IMG/VR virus record: IMGVR_UViG_3300018080_005419
Strand: one strand, 5' to 3'
Length of the DNA stretch: 64,000 nt
Source: a virus
The notes beneath the pieces are model-generated. The model did not search any database. It saw only the letters and a list, made by a program, of their open reading frames with translations, and was not told the origin of the DNA. Positions within the stretch are counted from its first letter, which is position 1. Each line of letters opens with the position of its first letter. Of the stretch, positions 54,700-63,790 are shown in pieces. The position numbers and the translations under genes are program-made.

Positions 54700-55461
54700 A
54701 TGAAAAGAAACGCATTTACACTTGTCGAATTATTAGTTGCACTTTCGATTATTACCCTTATGATGGCTTTTTTGCTACCTGCACTACATTCAGTAATTGA
54801 AGAAGCATACCAGATCCAATGCATTAATAATCAAAAACAACTAGCATTGGGAGTTTTATCTTTTGCTGATGATATGCGAGGTCAAATCCCAGGCAATACA
54901 GCAGATAGTACTCAAAATGAACCAATGAAACGAGATTGGCTACGTGGGGCATATTATTACGGAAGCGATCCTACATCTGAGGGAATGCTAGCTGCTCCAC
55001 ATGAAGGAACTATCTTTCCATATATAGAAAACGGAGAAGTATATCTCTGTCCAAAAGTTCAAAAAGGTGCTATTTTTGAAAAGGATTGTGGAAATGGCAT
55101 GTTTGATTACAGTATGTTCCTTGCCTTTTCAGGAGCATATATTCGAAATATGCCCAAAGAAATGAGATATAATTTGGGCGGTGCTTATATTGAGAACTTA
55201 CATGTTCCTTTATTTATAGAAGAAAACGTCAATAACAAATTAAACCAATCTGTAGAAGGCGGCTTTGCATGGCAAGATTCTATTTCGCCTCGTCATAGAG
55301 AAAACTCCACTATAAGCAAAATTGATGGGTCTGCTAGAATACAAAAAATGAATCTTATCAAAAACATGAAGGTTCAAAATATTCAAATGCATACTCTTGA
55401 CGGTCGCTGGTTAACTGTTAATCAAAGAGGAGTCAAATTTGGAGATTGGAATAGTAGATAG
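54700..55461 (+). CDS. prepilin-type N-terminal cleavage/methylation protein with H-X9-DG motif (DUF1559-like)
   Basis: ATG at 54700 behind AAGGAG. MKRNA|FTLVELLVALSIITLMMAFLLPAL...A..IQCINNQKQL, and C-terminal RH-RENSTISKI-DG. Confidence 0.88.
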   Translation: MKRNAFTLVELLVALSIITLMMAFLLPALHSVIEEAYQIQCINNQKQLALGVLSFADDMRGQIPGNTADSTQNEPMKRDWLRGAYYYGSDPTSEGMLAAPHEGTIFPYIENGEVYLCPKVQKGAIFEKDCGNGMFDYSMFLAFSGAYIRNMPKEMRYNLGGAYIENLHVPLFIEENVNNKLNQSVEGGFAWQDSISPRHRENSTISKIDGSARIQKMNLIKNMKVQNIQMHTLDGRWLTVNQRGVKFGDWNSR

Positions 55462-55511
55462 ATTATAAATGCATTTAATCGTCAATAATTTTTAAAGGGC
55501 GTTGATCATTT

Positions 55512-56285
55512 CTATAATGTCCCTACTCTTCTATAATTAAATATCTCATGCGTAATGTCCACATACTCTGGGTCATATTTATAACATACGTCGGAATTGT
55601 TTTTTGCATGACCGACTTTACTACAATGTCGAAGTTCTCGTTTTTTTAATTCATGATGTGTTGAATAAGTCATTTTTTTACCAAAGGACGGTTTTAACCA
55701 ATTCCACAAATTTACTTTTGATTGTTCATCTATATTTACGCTTACATTTTGCGGATAGGGGGCACTTACTGTACCTTTACATGGCAAATCATGTACATGT
55801 ATTGTGTTTCTTCGGAATGGTAATGCTAATGTGTTGAAAAACAAAGAACAATCATGAAACCCACCAAAACGGTCAAACATGGGAAAAAAATAATCTAACA
55901 AACTATGATGTATTATTTTCAGATGATTATTAGTTTGTGTGTTATTAGAAATTAGCCCAGGAATTCTTTTTTCTGTATTCGTATTAAGTAGCGTCATTAT
56001 AGCAGGATAGTATTCTTCTAAAAGTTTATCAATCTTCTCCTCAACTTCCTCTTGCTTTATATCGAATACGACATCATAGTCCATGAAAACATAATAATCA
56101 AACTCTTTCTGAATATGTTCTGACAAGTAATTACGATTATATGCCCAACTCGCTCCTTTATTAAAACTCATTGCATTTTTATCTTCACTTAAATATGTAA
56201 CATACTGCACTTCACTTTTTTTGAAAATATTGTGGATATAATCAATCCGTTCATTTGGTGATATATATAAAACACATTTTTTCAT
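55512..56285 (-). CDS. glycosyltransferase-like protein (DxD)
   Basis: SWAYNRNYL...FDYYVFMDYDV resembles a GT-A core. Translationally coupled to glf. Confidence 0.5.
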   Translation of the reverse strand: MKKCVLYISPNERIDYIHNIFKKSEVQYVTYLSEDKNAMSFNKGASWAYNRNYLSEHIQKEFDYYVFMDYDVVFDIKQEEVEEKIDKLLEEYYPAIMTLLNTNTEKRIPGLISNNTQTNNHLKIIHHSLLDYFFPMFDRFGGFHDCSLFFNTLALPFRRNTIHVHDLPCKGTVSAPYPQNVSVNIDEQSKVNLWNWLKPSFGKKMTYSTHHELKKRELRHCSKVGHAKNNSDVCYKYDPEYVDITHEIFNYRRVGTL

Positions 56286-57379
56286 ACGATTTCTTTCCTG
56301 CTTTTATCTAATGCTGATTTTACTACATGGTGCATATCATAATATTTATAGTCCGCTAGTCTTCCTCCAAAAATATATTTATTATTCGCTCTAGCTTCTT
56401 CCTTATATTTATTAAAAATAATAATATTTTGTTGATCTTCTAGTGGATAGTATGGGCACTTATTTCTATCCCACAATACAGGATATTCATAAGTTACTAT
56501 AGTTTCCCCTTTCAAATCATTCTTTTCAAAATGTTTGTGCTCCACTGACTTCGTATATTTGACATTATGCTGAGGATGAGACATAACCGCACACCCTTGA
56601 TAATCATCAATGTTCATAATTTCAAATTTTATATCAATCGTCTTATACTCTAATTCGCCATATTTGTAATTAAAGAACTCATCAATTGGACCAGTATATA
56701 CAATTTTACTGGACATAGTTTCCCACATACCCCTATCTTTCAAAAAATCTGTTTCTAAACGCACATCAATACCTTTGAGAATTTCTTCAAACATCTTTGT
56801 GTATCCACCTATCGGTATACCTTGATAAATATGATCATAATAATTCTCATTAAAGTTTGTTCTTATAGGAAGACGCTTGTATATAGAACTGGGCAATTCT
56901 CTCAAAGGTTTATTCCAATGTTTTTCTGTATAACCTCTATAAAATAATTCAGTAATTTCCTTCCCCACATGCGAAAGCAACCAATCTTCTGCATTATCAC
57001 ATTCATCGTTCGGTTTACATACCTCTTTGAGTTTAGCTTTTGCTTTCTCTGGGGTATTTACTCCCCATATTTTATTTAAAGTATTAAGGTTTATAGGAAG
57101 AGAATATATTTCCCCACTACAATTTGCCTTTACGCAATTTACAAAACTATTAAATTCTATAAATTTATTGACATAATCCCATACTTTTAAATCACTAGTA
57201 TGGAAAACGTGTGAGCCATACATATGAACATTCACACCTTTTATGTTCTTAGTGTAGCAATTGCCAGCGATATGGTTTCGCTTTTCTATCACAAGACACT
57301 TAAAACCACTATCCGTTAATTGTCTTGCAAATATAGAGCCAAACAATCCAGCACCAACAATAACATAATCATATTTCAT
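56282..57379 (-). CDS. glf: UDP-galactopyranose mutase
   Basis: IVGAGLFG, EKRNHIAGNCY, HMYGSHVFHT, QGIPIGGYT, YTGPIDEFF, EHKHF, YYP, GGRLADYKYYDMH. ATG at 57379 overlaps the upstream stop. Confidence 0.95.
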   Translation of the reverse strand: MKYDYVIVGAGLFGSIFARQLTDSGFKCLVIEKRNHIAGNCYTKNIKGVNVHMYGSHVFHTSDLKVWDYVNKFIEFNSFVNCVKANCSGEIYSLPINLNTLNKIWGVNTPEKAKAKLKEVCKPNDECDNAEDWLLSHVGKEITELFYRGYTEKHWNKPLRELPSSIYKRLPIRTNFNENYYDHIYQGIPIGGYTKMFEEILKGIDVRLETDFLKDRGMWETMSSKIVYTGPIDEFFNYKYGELEYKTIDIKFEIMNIDDYQGCAVMSHPQHNVKYTKSVEHKHFEKNDLKGETIVTYEYPVLWDRNKCPYYPLEDQQNIIIFNKYKEEARANNKYIFGGRLADYKYYDMHHVVKSALDKSRKEIV

Positions 57380-58265
57380 TATATTTACCATTATTTACAT
57401 AATCCTCTAATGCATCCTCCCAATGTCGCATTATATTTTGCCCCAACATGTCTAACTTTAAGTTTATCAATTGCTCAGATTTGGGTCTAGGTGAAAAATA
57501 CTCCTTGATAAAATAATCAGAATCAACCTTGGTTAATTTGATATCAAGTCCTAATAGTTCTATTAATTTTTTTGCTGTTTCGTATCTAGATGCTTTGCCT
57601 TTATTAACAGAATTATAAACACCATATGGTAACTTATTTTCTATTATATTATAAATACTCCTAGCAAAATCCTTTGTGTATGTAGGTGTTCCTAATTTAT
57701 CAACAACAACAAATATTTCCTTCTTCCCGGAATTTATTTGTTTTGTAATCTTGCTGATGAACTTCTTGTCTTTCTTTCCGCCACCAAACATCCACCCTGC
57801 TCGTATCACATAACACCGAGTCACTCTATTTACAATCGTATTTTCAGAATGTTGTTTACTATTTCCATATACACTTAACGGAAATGCCTGTTCGTATTCG
57901 GTAAAAACTTCTCTTTTGCCATCGAATATACCAGCAGTCGAAATAAACACATAAATACACCCAAGCTCATTACATATATCACCCAAATATTCGGCAGAAT
58001 TCGTATTTGTACTATAGGCTTCTTTTATGTGGTTCTCACAATATTCAAGGTCAGTCAAAGCAGCTAGATTTATCACAATAGTTGGGTTGAACGTGTTAAT
58101 AGTTTTGTACAGAAAACTCAAATCATTTATATCACCATATTCAATCCATTCTTCATTATCATCAATATCATAGCACAAAAGTTCGTTGTCTTTCTTGAAT
58201 TCTTCATACACATACGAACCAAGCATCCCACCACATCCTATTATAAATATTCTTTCATTTTTCAT
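57369..58265 (-). CDS. RmlD-family (dTDP-4-dehydrorhamnose reductase-like) protein
   Basis: IIGCGGMLG, NLAALTDLEYCE, FISTAGIFDG, PLSVYGNSK, RAGWMFG, DKLGTPTY. ATG at 58265 lies behind AAAGGA. Confidence 0.88.
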   Translation of the reverse strand: MKNERIFIIGCGGMLGSYVYEEFKKDNELLCYDIDDNEEWIEYGDINDLSFLYKTINTFNPTIVINLAALTDLEYCENHIKEAYSTNTNSAEYLGDICNELGCIYVFISTAGIFDGKREVFTEYEQAFPLSVYGNSKQHSENTIVNRVTRCYVIRAGWMFGGGKKDKKFISKITKQINSGKKEIFVVVDKLGTPTYTKDFARSIYNIIENKLPYGVYNSVNKGKASRYETAKKLIELLGLDIKLTKVDSDYFIKEYFSPRPKSEQLINLKLDMLGQNIMRHWEDALEDYVNNGKYNEI

Positions 58266-58266
58266 T

Positions 58267-58743
58267 CTAAGTTCCTTTGTCATTTTTTAAAATTATATTA
58301 ACCATCTCCCTAAATGCACCATCTCCTCCGCATACCTGTAGTACTTCGCACACAGCCTTTACCTCTTCTACCGCATCTATTGGACAAAAGGAGTTCCCCG
58401 CCAGCGTTAAGATTTCTAAGTCTGGCAAATCATCACCTAAATAAACCACTTCAGACCATTTAATATCATTATCTCGGATAATCTTCTTAACTACGTCGAG
58501 TTTTCCATTCGGATCAATCCCTTGAATAATGTAATCTAAATTTAACTTTTTATATTTACTATTTAATATTTCCTTTGCTGAATCACAACTAATAATTCCA
58601 GTCTTTATTCCGCGTTTTTGCAAATCTATAAATCCAACACCATCTTTCATGTTAAATGTTTTTGAACATACGCCATTGCTATCTATAGTCACTCTTCCAT
58701 TAGTAAGACAACCATCACAATCTGTAAGAACTAACTTTATCAT
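58267..58743 (-). CDS. KdsC-like HAD phosphatase (3-deoxy-ulosonate phosphate phosphatase)
   Basis: LVLTDCDGCLTNG, FNMKDGVG, YLGDDLPDL, DAVEEVK, GGDGAFRE. Confidence 0.88.
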   Translation of the reverse strand: MIKLVLTDCDGCLTNGRVTIDSNGVCSKTFNMKDGVGFIDLQKRGIKTGIISCDSAKEILNSKYKKLNLDYIIQGIDPNGKLDVVKKIIRDNDIKWSEVVYLGDDLPDLEILTLAGNSFCPIDAVEEVKAVCEVLQVCGGDGAFREMVNIILKNDKGT

Positions 58744-59423
58744 AATTTTCTCAAATCAACGAAACTTCCGGAATCATAATTATCAATGTCATCTATAAAT
58801 GTTATTATTTTTTTTGCTATTTCTTCAGGAGACTCTATCATGTTTTCGTCCTTCTTCTTTTTAAAATCAACAACACTTGGAACAATATTCTCATCAGTGT
58901 TATAAACTTCTTTTTGCATATCTGTATCTATTAGACCAGGAGATATAGATATAAAATGCGTGTCTTTATTTTCACAAGCATAAATTTGAATCAACATCTT
59001 CAAACTTGCTTTTGATAAAGCATAATTTCCCCACCCATATCGACATTTGTTTGCGGCTCCAGAAGATATGCAAACAACATTTTTTATTTTTACTCTTTTT
59101 AGTAATTCGTCTAATATTATTTTTTGAGAAAAAAGATTAATATCTAATATATTTTTTAAACTATCAACCTTAACATTCTTTTGTGGATTTAATCCTCCTA
59201 AGATCCCAGCATTTAAATATAATATGTCTATATCTTTATCGAAATTAAATAAACATTCTTCTAATTTTTTATGATCTTGCATATCAACTTTAAAGTGAAC
59301 ATCTATTTTGTTTGTCGGCTCTGTACGACTAAGACCAAAGATTGTATCATTGTTCTTAACATAATAATTTGCCACAGCCTTTCCTAAACCTCTACTGCAA
59401 CCAGTAATAAATATATTCATCAC
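58740..59423 (-). CDS. short-chain dehydrogenase/reductase
   Basis: ITGCSRGLG, LNAGILG, ISSGAA, YALSK (YxxxK), SPGLIDTDMQ. Confidence 0.88.
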   Translation of the reverse strand: MMNIFITGCSRGLGKAVANYYVKNNDTIFGLSRTEPTNKIDVHFKVDMQDHKKLEECLFNFDKDIDILYLNAGILGGLNPQKNVKVDSLKNILDINLFSQKIILDELLKRVKIKNVVCISSGAANKCRYGWGNYALSKASLKMLIQIYACENKDTHFISISPGLIDTDMQKEVYNTDENIVPSVVDFKKKKDENMIESPEEIAKKIITFIDDIDNYDSGSFVDLRKL

Positions 59424-60376
59424 TTTCTCCTTTCAAAATCGTTTAATAATTCTTTAGTATAAACATCTTTAAAAAAGACATCTAAACTCCTACAAAAATC
59501 AATAAATTCTTCTAATGGTAAATTCATTTTTTGTGCTTGGCTAGCATATGCTTCGCATATTCCAAAGACACCAGTAGTATAAAAATAAGGCGAAAAATCC
59601 TTCTTTAAAATAGCATAATATTTGTTTATAAATTTAACTAGTTCTAAGCGGTTATTGTCATCATTAAGTACATGCTCAAGTTTTAAATTTCCGGCTCCTT
59701 TACCTATTCCGTGAATTGTTACATCAGTTATGTCAACACCTTTTCCTTGTAATTCTAAGAAATTAGAATACTCCTTTCCTGTATGATTATGGAAATGGAA
59801 TCCTATCTTTTTATTCGTAGATTTCAATTCATCAACTACATCTTTAAACAAAATATCGAAACATTCTCTTAAATTTAAATTTCCATGAGTATCTGCGAAA
59901 TAAACATAATCAAGATCACTCTTTCCAACTAAATAACATTTTTCTTTAATCTCTTTAGTATTATAATTAGATATATTAAAAAGATTTATTGATACTTTGA
60001 GACCAGTGGTTTCTTTTAATTTTTCCCCAAAATTTAAAGCTTTTTCTACATCTTGTTTTCTGGAACACATTCTTATTATTCTAATTATATCTTGATCTTT
60101 AGTGGGATATTCTTTTAGATCTTTTGTGCAATAATGATAATCTATCATAATAGATACGTTTCGGTCTTTTCGACCATCCACAACTTCTTTAACTGTATCC
60201 ATATTTAGATTAAAAAAGGGAGTAGTATATTTGTTTGTTTGTTTCCAATATCCTAATTCAATAATATCAATTCCTATTTTTTGCATTAATGCGTAATATT
60301 CTTTTGCCATATTTATAGGCCAGTCAAAAGAAACAGAATGACCCCCATCTCTTAGTGTACAATCAAGAATTTTCAT
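59420..60376 (-). CDS. DRE-TIM / HMGL-like metal-dependent pyruvate aldolase
   Basis: ILDCTLRDGGH, IELGY, YFADTHG, GFHFHNH, GIGKGAGNLKLE. Confidence 0.88.
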   Translation of the reverse strand: MKILDCTLRDGGHSVSFDWPINMAKEYYALMQKIGIDIIELGYWKQTNKYTTPFFNLNMDTVKEVVDGRKDRNVSIMIDYHYCTKDLKEYPTKDQDIIRIIRMCSRKQDVEKALNFGEKLKETTGLKVSINLFNISNYNTKEIKEKCYLVGKSDLDYVYFADTHGNLNLRECFDILFKDVVDELKSTNKKIGFHFHNHTGKEYSNFLELQGKGVDITDVTIHGIGKGAGNLKLEHVLNDDNNRLELVKFINKYYAILKKDFSPYFYTTGVFGICEAYASQAQKMNLPLEEFIDFCRSLDVFFKDVYTKELLNDFERRK

Positions 60377-61029
60377 TTTTGTCCTTTTACTTTGTTTAAT
60401 AAAAACAGTTTTGCCAGCGCGTAGTCCTGTTCATAATCTATTTCCAAACTCTCAGGAAAGGATAATTTAAAAAAGAATGGATTGACACCTATTCTATTTT
60501 TTTGCTCCATAAATGTTTTTTTTGTAAATATAAAAAAAGCGCCATTCTGAAATATAATAGGATCTAAATCTTGAGTTCTTTTTACCATATTATAACCAAA
60601 ATTTATAGGTTTAATCTCTTTATCCGACTTTAAATAAGCAAATTCTTTATGTATGGTGCAAGATAATACAGAATCATATTCTCCAATTAATCTAGAAGCT
60701 TCTAAGATGGTTTCTAGTTTTAAAAACGGAGATGTTACATGAGGAGTAACTATAATCTCATTCTCATCTTGCACATGCTCGTTCAAAAAATCTTCTATCA
60801 TACTTAAAACCGGACTACTAGGTCTTTCTTTTTCCCATAAAATATGCTTTTCTTTTCGCTCTATAATTATAAATTTACCTTCAACTCTTTTGCTATCAGT
60901 ATTAACGTATGTTTTATTATCAGGCAATCTATCAAGCAAATGTTTATATAAGAATTTTTCTCCAAGCATACGAAAATTTTTATCAGGGACTCTTTCCGAT
61001 TGATCTTTAATTATTACGAAAAACTTCAT
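60373..61029 (-). CDS. acylneuraminate (CMP-ulosonate) cytidylyltransferase, NeuA-like
   Basis: IIKDQSERVPDKNFRML, VNTDS, HVTSPFL, RTQDL....QNGAFFIF, SLEIDYEQDY. Confidence 0.88.
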   Translation of the reverse strand: MKFFVIIKDQSERVPDKNFRMLGEKFLYKHLLDRLPDNKTYVNTDSKRVEGKFIIIERKEKHILWEKERPSSPVLSMIEDFLNEHVQDENEIIVTPHVTSPFLKLETILEASRLIGEYDSVLSCTIHKEFAYLKSDKEIKPINFGYNMVKRTQDLDPIIFQNGAFFIFTKKTFMEQKNRIGVNPFFFKLSFPESLEIDYEQDYALAKLFLLNKVKGQK

Positions 61030-61064
61030 TTCAATTCCTTTTCTCTTTTAACAATTGGTAAAAA

Positions 61065-61493
61065 TTACTTATATGTCATGATGATTTTTCTATCTCTTAT
61101 CGGATCTAATTCTATAAAAAATATCGATTGCCATTTTCCTAACATTAATTTTCCATCTTGTACAGGAATAGTTTCAGATGTATTAAAAAACAAAGATCTC
61201 ATATGAGCATAAGCATTGATTCTTTCATCTATAGGAGCTTCTGGTCTTAAAGAAACTAAATCATGTGCATACCTTCTATTATTGGGTTTATGCTTTGGAA
61301 AAGTTTTATCTAAAAACCATCTAATGTCTACATGATGAAGAATTTCGTTTTCCAAAACTCTTAACGAACATGTAGTGTGCGCTGTAAAAATATTTACTAG
61401 CCCATCTCCCTTCTGATCAACAACAAAATCTTCAACTTTTTTTGTAATATTGGTGAAGAGTTTGTCTGTGCTTATTTCGATTATCTTTCTCAT
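61065..61493 (-). CDS. yjbQ: YjbQ/UPF0047-family protein
   Basis: FTAHTTCSL..LENE, Y.HD, NAYAHMRS, IPVQDGKLMLGKWQSIFFIELD..R.RKI. Confidence 0.85.
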   Translation of the reverse strand: MRKIIEISTDKLFTNITKKVEDFVVDQKGDGLVNIFTAHTTCSLRVLENEILHHVDIRWFLDKTFPKHKPNNRRYAHDLVSLRPEAPIDERINAYAHMRSLFFNTSETIPVQDGKLMLGKWQSIFFIELDPIRDRKIIMTYK

Positions 61494-61494
61494 A

Positions 61495-62181
61495 TTATTC
61501 CTCTTTATATAAATTCGCTTTTTTCAAATCAATAAATTCAAATAAGCCTTTTAATATTTGAGATTTATCATTGCAGTTAAAGACTTTAATTTTATTTTGA
61601 TTTGACCATTCACTTAAATGTTTCCATGTTTTTAAATTTATATTTATGGTGGCGATCCTCAATGGATTAAAATTTTCTGATTCTCCTTGATATCCATCCC
61701 ATGCATATTGTCTTTTGGAATCTTTAATTATTCCCTTTGTAAATTCTTTTGGAGACTTTCCATTATAATGCCCGTCAAATCCTATTAAATATATTTCTTC
61801 ATAACTTTTATTTATAGCTATTTGAACACAATTAGCTGCTGTGTGACCTACATTTCGAAATGGTTTTTCTTTAGTGTAGTGCTCTAAAGTCATCTTTCTC
61901 CAAACACTAGAATCTACATAGGTTACTTTTGGGATATCTTTTAGTTCTTTGTTTAATGTAAAATATTCTTCACAATCTCCACTCAAAAAAAAATCTTTAT
62001 GTCCCTTATGATTATATTTAGTCATTTTATCATCAAAACAACCCCAATAAGTAGGATACCACCCTAAATCTTTATAAAATTTATAAGCATTGTTCATACC
62101 AAAAGAATCTATCTTTAATCGTTTAAAATCTACCTCTTTTAAAGATGGACCATTTCCCATTATTAGAATTCTTTTAGTCAT
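61495..62181 (-). CDS. CstII/GT42- or Maf(DUF115)-like ulosonic acid transferase
   Basis: ILIMGNGPSLKEVDF...FGMNNAY...YPTYW, and YEEIYLIGFDG. The N-terminus resembles Campylobacter CstII (IIAGNGPSLKEIDY). Confidence 0.7.
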   Translation of the reverse strand: MTKRILIMGNGPSLKEVDFKRLKIDSFGMNNAYKFYKDLGWYPTYWGCFDDKMTKYNHKGHKDFFLSGDCEEYFTLNKELKDIPKVTYVDSSVWRKMTLEHYTKEKPFRNVGHTAANCVQIAINKSYEEIYLIGFDGHYNGKSPKEFTKGIIKDSKRQYAWDGYQGESENFNPLRIATININLKTWKHLSEWSNQNKIKVFNCNDKSQILKGLFEFIDLKKANLYKEE

Positions 62182-62199
62182 TTATTTCTCCTATTTTAA

Positions 62200-63054
62200 T
62201 TAGTTTTCTAAAATATAGTTACATAAATTACAGAATAAATTCTTATAATTTCCATACGAATTTTTATTTATTTCATTATTATGTTTCTGACAAATTGGAT
62301 GTCCTGCATACCAATGATAGCCTATTGTTTCCTCAGGAAGAGTTTCGGGATCAATATCATGAGAAAATGCATATGTTATTTGTGTAGAATTATACGGATA
62401 AACTAAATTCATAGGTATATTATAAAACTTCAAATTTGGATACTTCCTGATTGCTTCTTCTAGTACTTTTGCAGGTCCTACTTTATACAAATTATAAATA
62501 TTTAAAACTCCTGCTGACTGATAATTTTTACTATGAAATGATTTAATATTATTTTTAAAAATATCTCCATAAAAATCATTATTGCCAGCAGAGAACAAAA
62601 ATCCAATAGACAAATGGCATGTTTGACAAATTCCAGTATCATAATTATTATCATTAATCTGTTTTAACCAATCACTTAAAGAACGATGATACAATATATC
62701 CATATCCGAATAAATTCCACCCTCTTTAGCTAACATGTGAAATTTAAACATATTGCTTAATTGCGAAGGGGTAATTATTTTATAAAAATCTGAGGACAAA
62801 ATTTCCTGTGGTATCTCCCATTCCTTTATTTCAACATTCAATTTTTTAATTTCATCAATATAATTTTTTTGTTTGTATTTAAAGAAATCCTGCTCATTGT
62901 GGTTATTCCATGTTTTTTCTGTATTTAATTGTGTATTGTAATATAAAGTTATTTTAAAGTCCGGATTGTATTTCGCAAAAGAAAATAACGTCATATATCT
63001 CATCCATGACATTTTTTCATTACCCCAATAAAAGAATATTCTCTTAGGAATCAT
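62200..63054 (-). CDS. glycosyltransferase, GT32/OCH1-like (DxD)
   Basis: MIPKRIFFYW, SNMFKFHMLAKEGGIYSDMDI. Confidence 0.8.
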   Translation of the reverse strand: MIPKRIFFYWGNEKMSWMRYMTLFSFAKYNPDFKITLYYNTQLNTEKTWNNHNEQDFFKYKQKNYIDEIKKLNVEIKEWEIPQEILSSDFYKIITPSQLSNMFKFHMLAKEGGIYSDMDILYHRSLSDWLKQINDNNYDTGICQTCHLSIGFLFSAGNNDFYGDIFKNNIKSFHSKNYQSAGVLNIYNLYKVGPAKVLEEAIRKYPNLKFYNIPMNLVYPYNSTQITYAFSHDIDPETLPEETIGYHWYAGHPICQKHNNEINKNSYGNYKNLFCNLCNYILEN

Positions 63055-63790
63055 ATATTTGTTTCCCCCATTTACGAATTAAAATTTCCCTATTGATTGA
63101 TACTCTTTTTTGCATTTCATGTTTGGGTAAAGAAAATCGTTCATGTTGTTGATGACATACCACTAAAGGAACCAATCTACTAGGAATATTATTCGACTTA
63201 ATTTTGTTGGCAAAATCTCTGTCTTCTGAGGCAATTCCATTAATAAATTCCTCGCTGAATCCTCCAATTTTTTCAAATAGATCTTTATGCAATACCGAAC
63301 AAAAATGAAATAACCTTCTATTCCAACGTGGATGAACATACCAATTCTTTGTAGGATTTATAGTGTATTTCATATCCTCAAAGGTCTCAAAATCATTTAC
63401 ATTTATTACCGATTTGCAAAAACAAATATAGTATTGATCAGGATTCTCTTCTAGGAGATCATCAAAACCTTTTAAAACATTTGCCTCATGTAAAACCTCT
63501 GGGTTCGTCAAAATCAAAAACATTCCCTGACAATGAGATGCTCCAACATTAAACATTCCTGCAGGATTATAACAATTTTCTCTGGTGTATGATATTAGTT
63601 TGATATTAGCGTGACCCTCTATCACCTTCCATAAATCTTCGTGTTTTTTTTGATCCTTTATGTTTTTCATATCTTCTATAATGATAATTTCATAGTCGTT
63701 TCGATCAGCATAAAAATGATGAAAAGTTGTAAGAGTATTTTTTAATTGTTGCGAACGATTATAGTAAGGCATCAACATTGAATATTTCAT
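63044..63790 (-). CDS. glycosyltransferase family 2
   Basis: SMLMPYYNR, YEIIIIED, NVGASHCQG.FLILTNPE, FEKIGGFSEEF..GIASEDRDF. Confidence 0.85.
   Translation of the reverse strand: MKYSMLMPYYNRSQQLKNTLTTFHHFYADRNDYEIIIIEDMKNIKDQKKHEDLWKVIEGHANIKLISYTRENCYNPAGMFNVGASHCQGMFLILTNPEVLHEANVLKGFDDLLEENPDQYYICFCKSVINVNDFETFEDMKYTINPTKNWYVHPRWNRRLFHFCSVLHKDLFEKIGGFSEEFINGIASEDRDFANKIKSNNIPSRLVPLVVCHQQHERFSLPKHEMQKRVSINREILIRKWGKQIYDS

Noticed and set aside
884-61206. The many short plus-strand and off-frame ORFs in the track (e.g. 31477-32028, 4909-5226, 12675-12983)
   Set aside because: They are antisense or frame shadows of longer genes with recognisable motifs, lack SD sequences and have low-complexity, non-protein-like composition. 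Only 42460-42852 and 54700-55461 are credible plus-strand genes.
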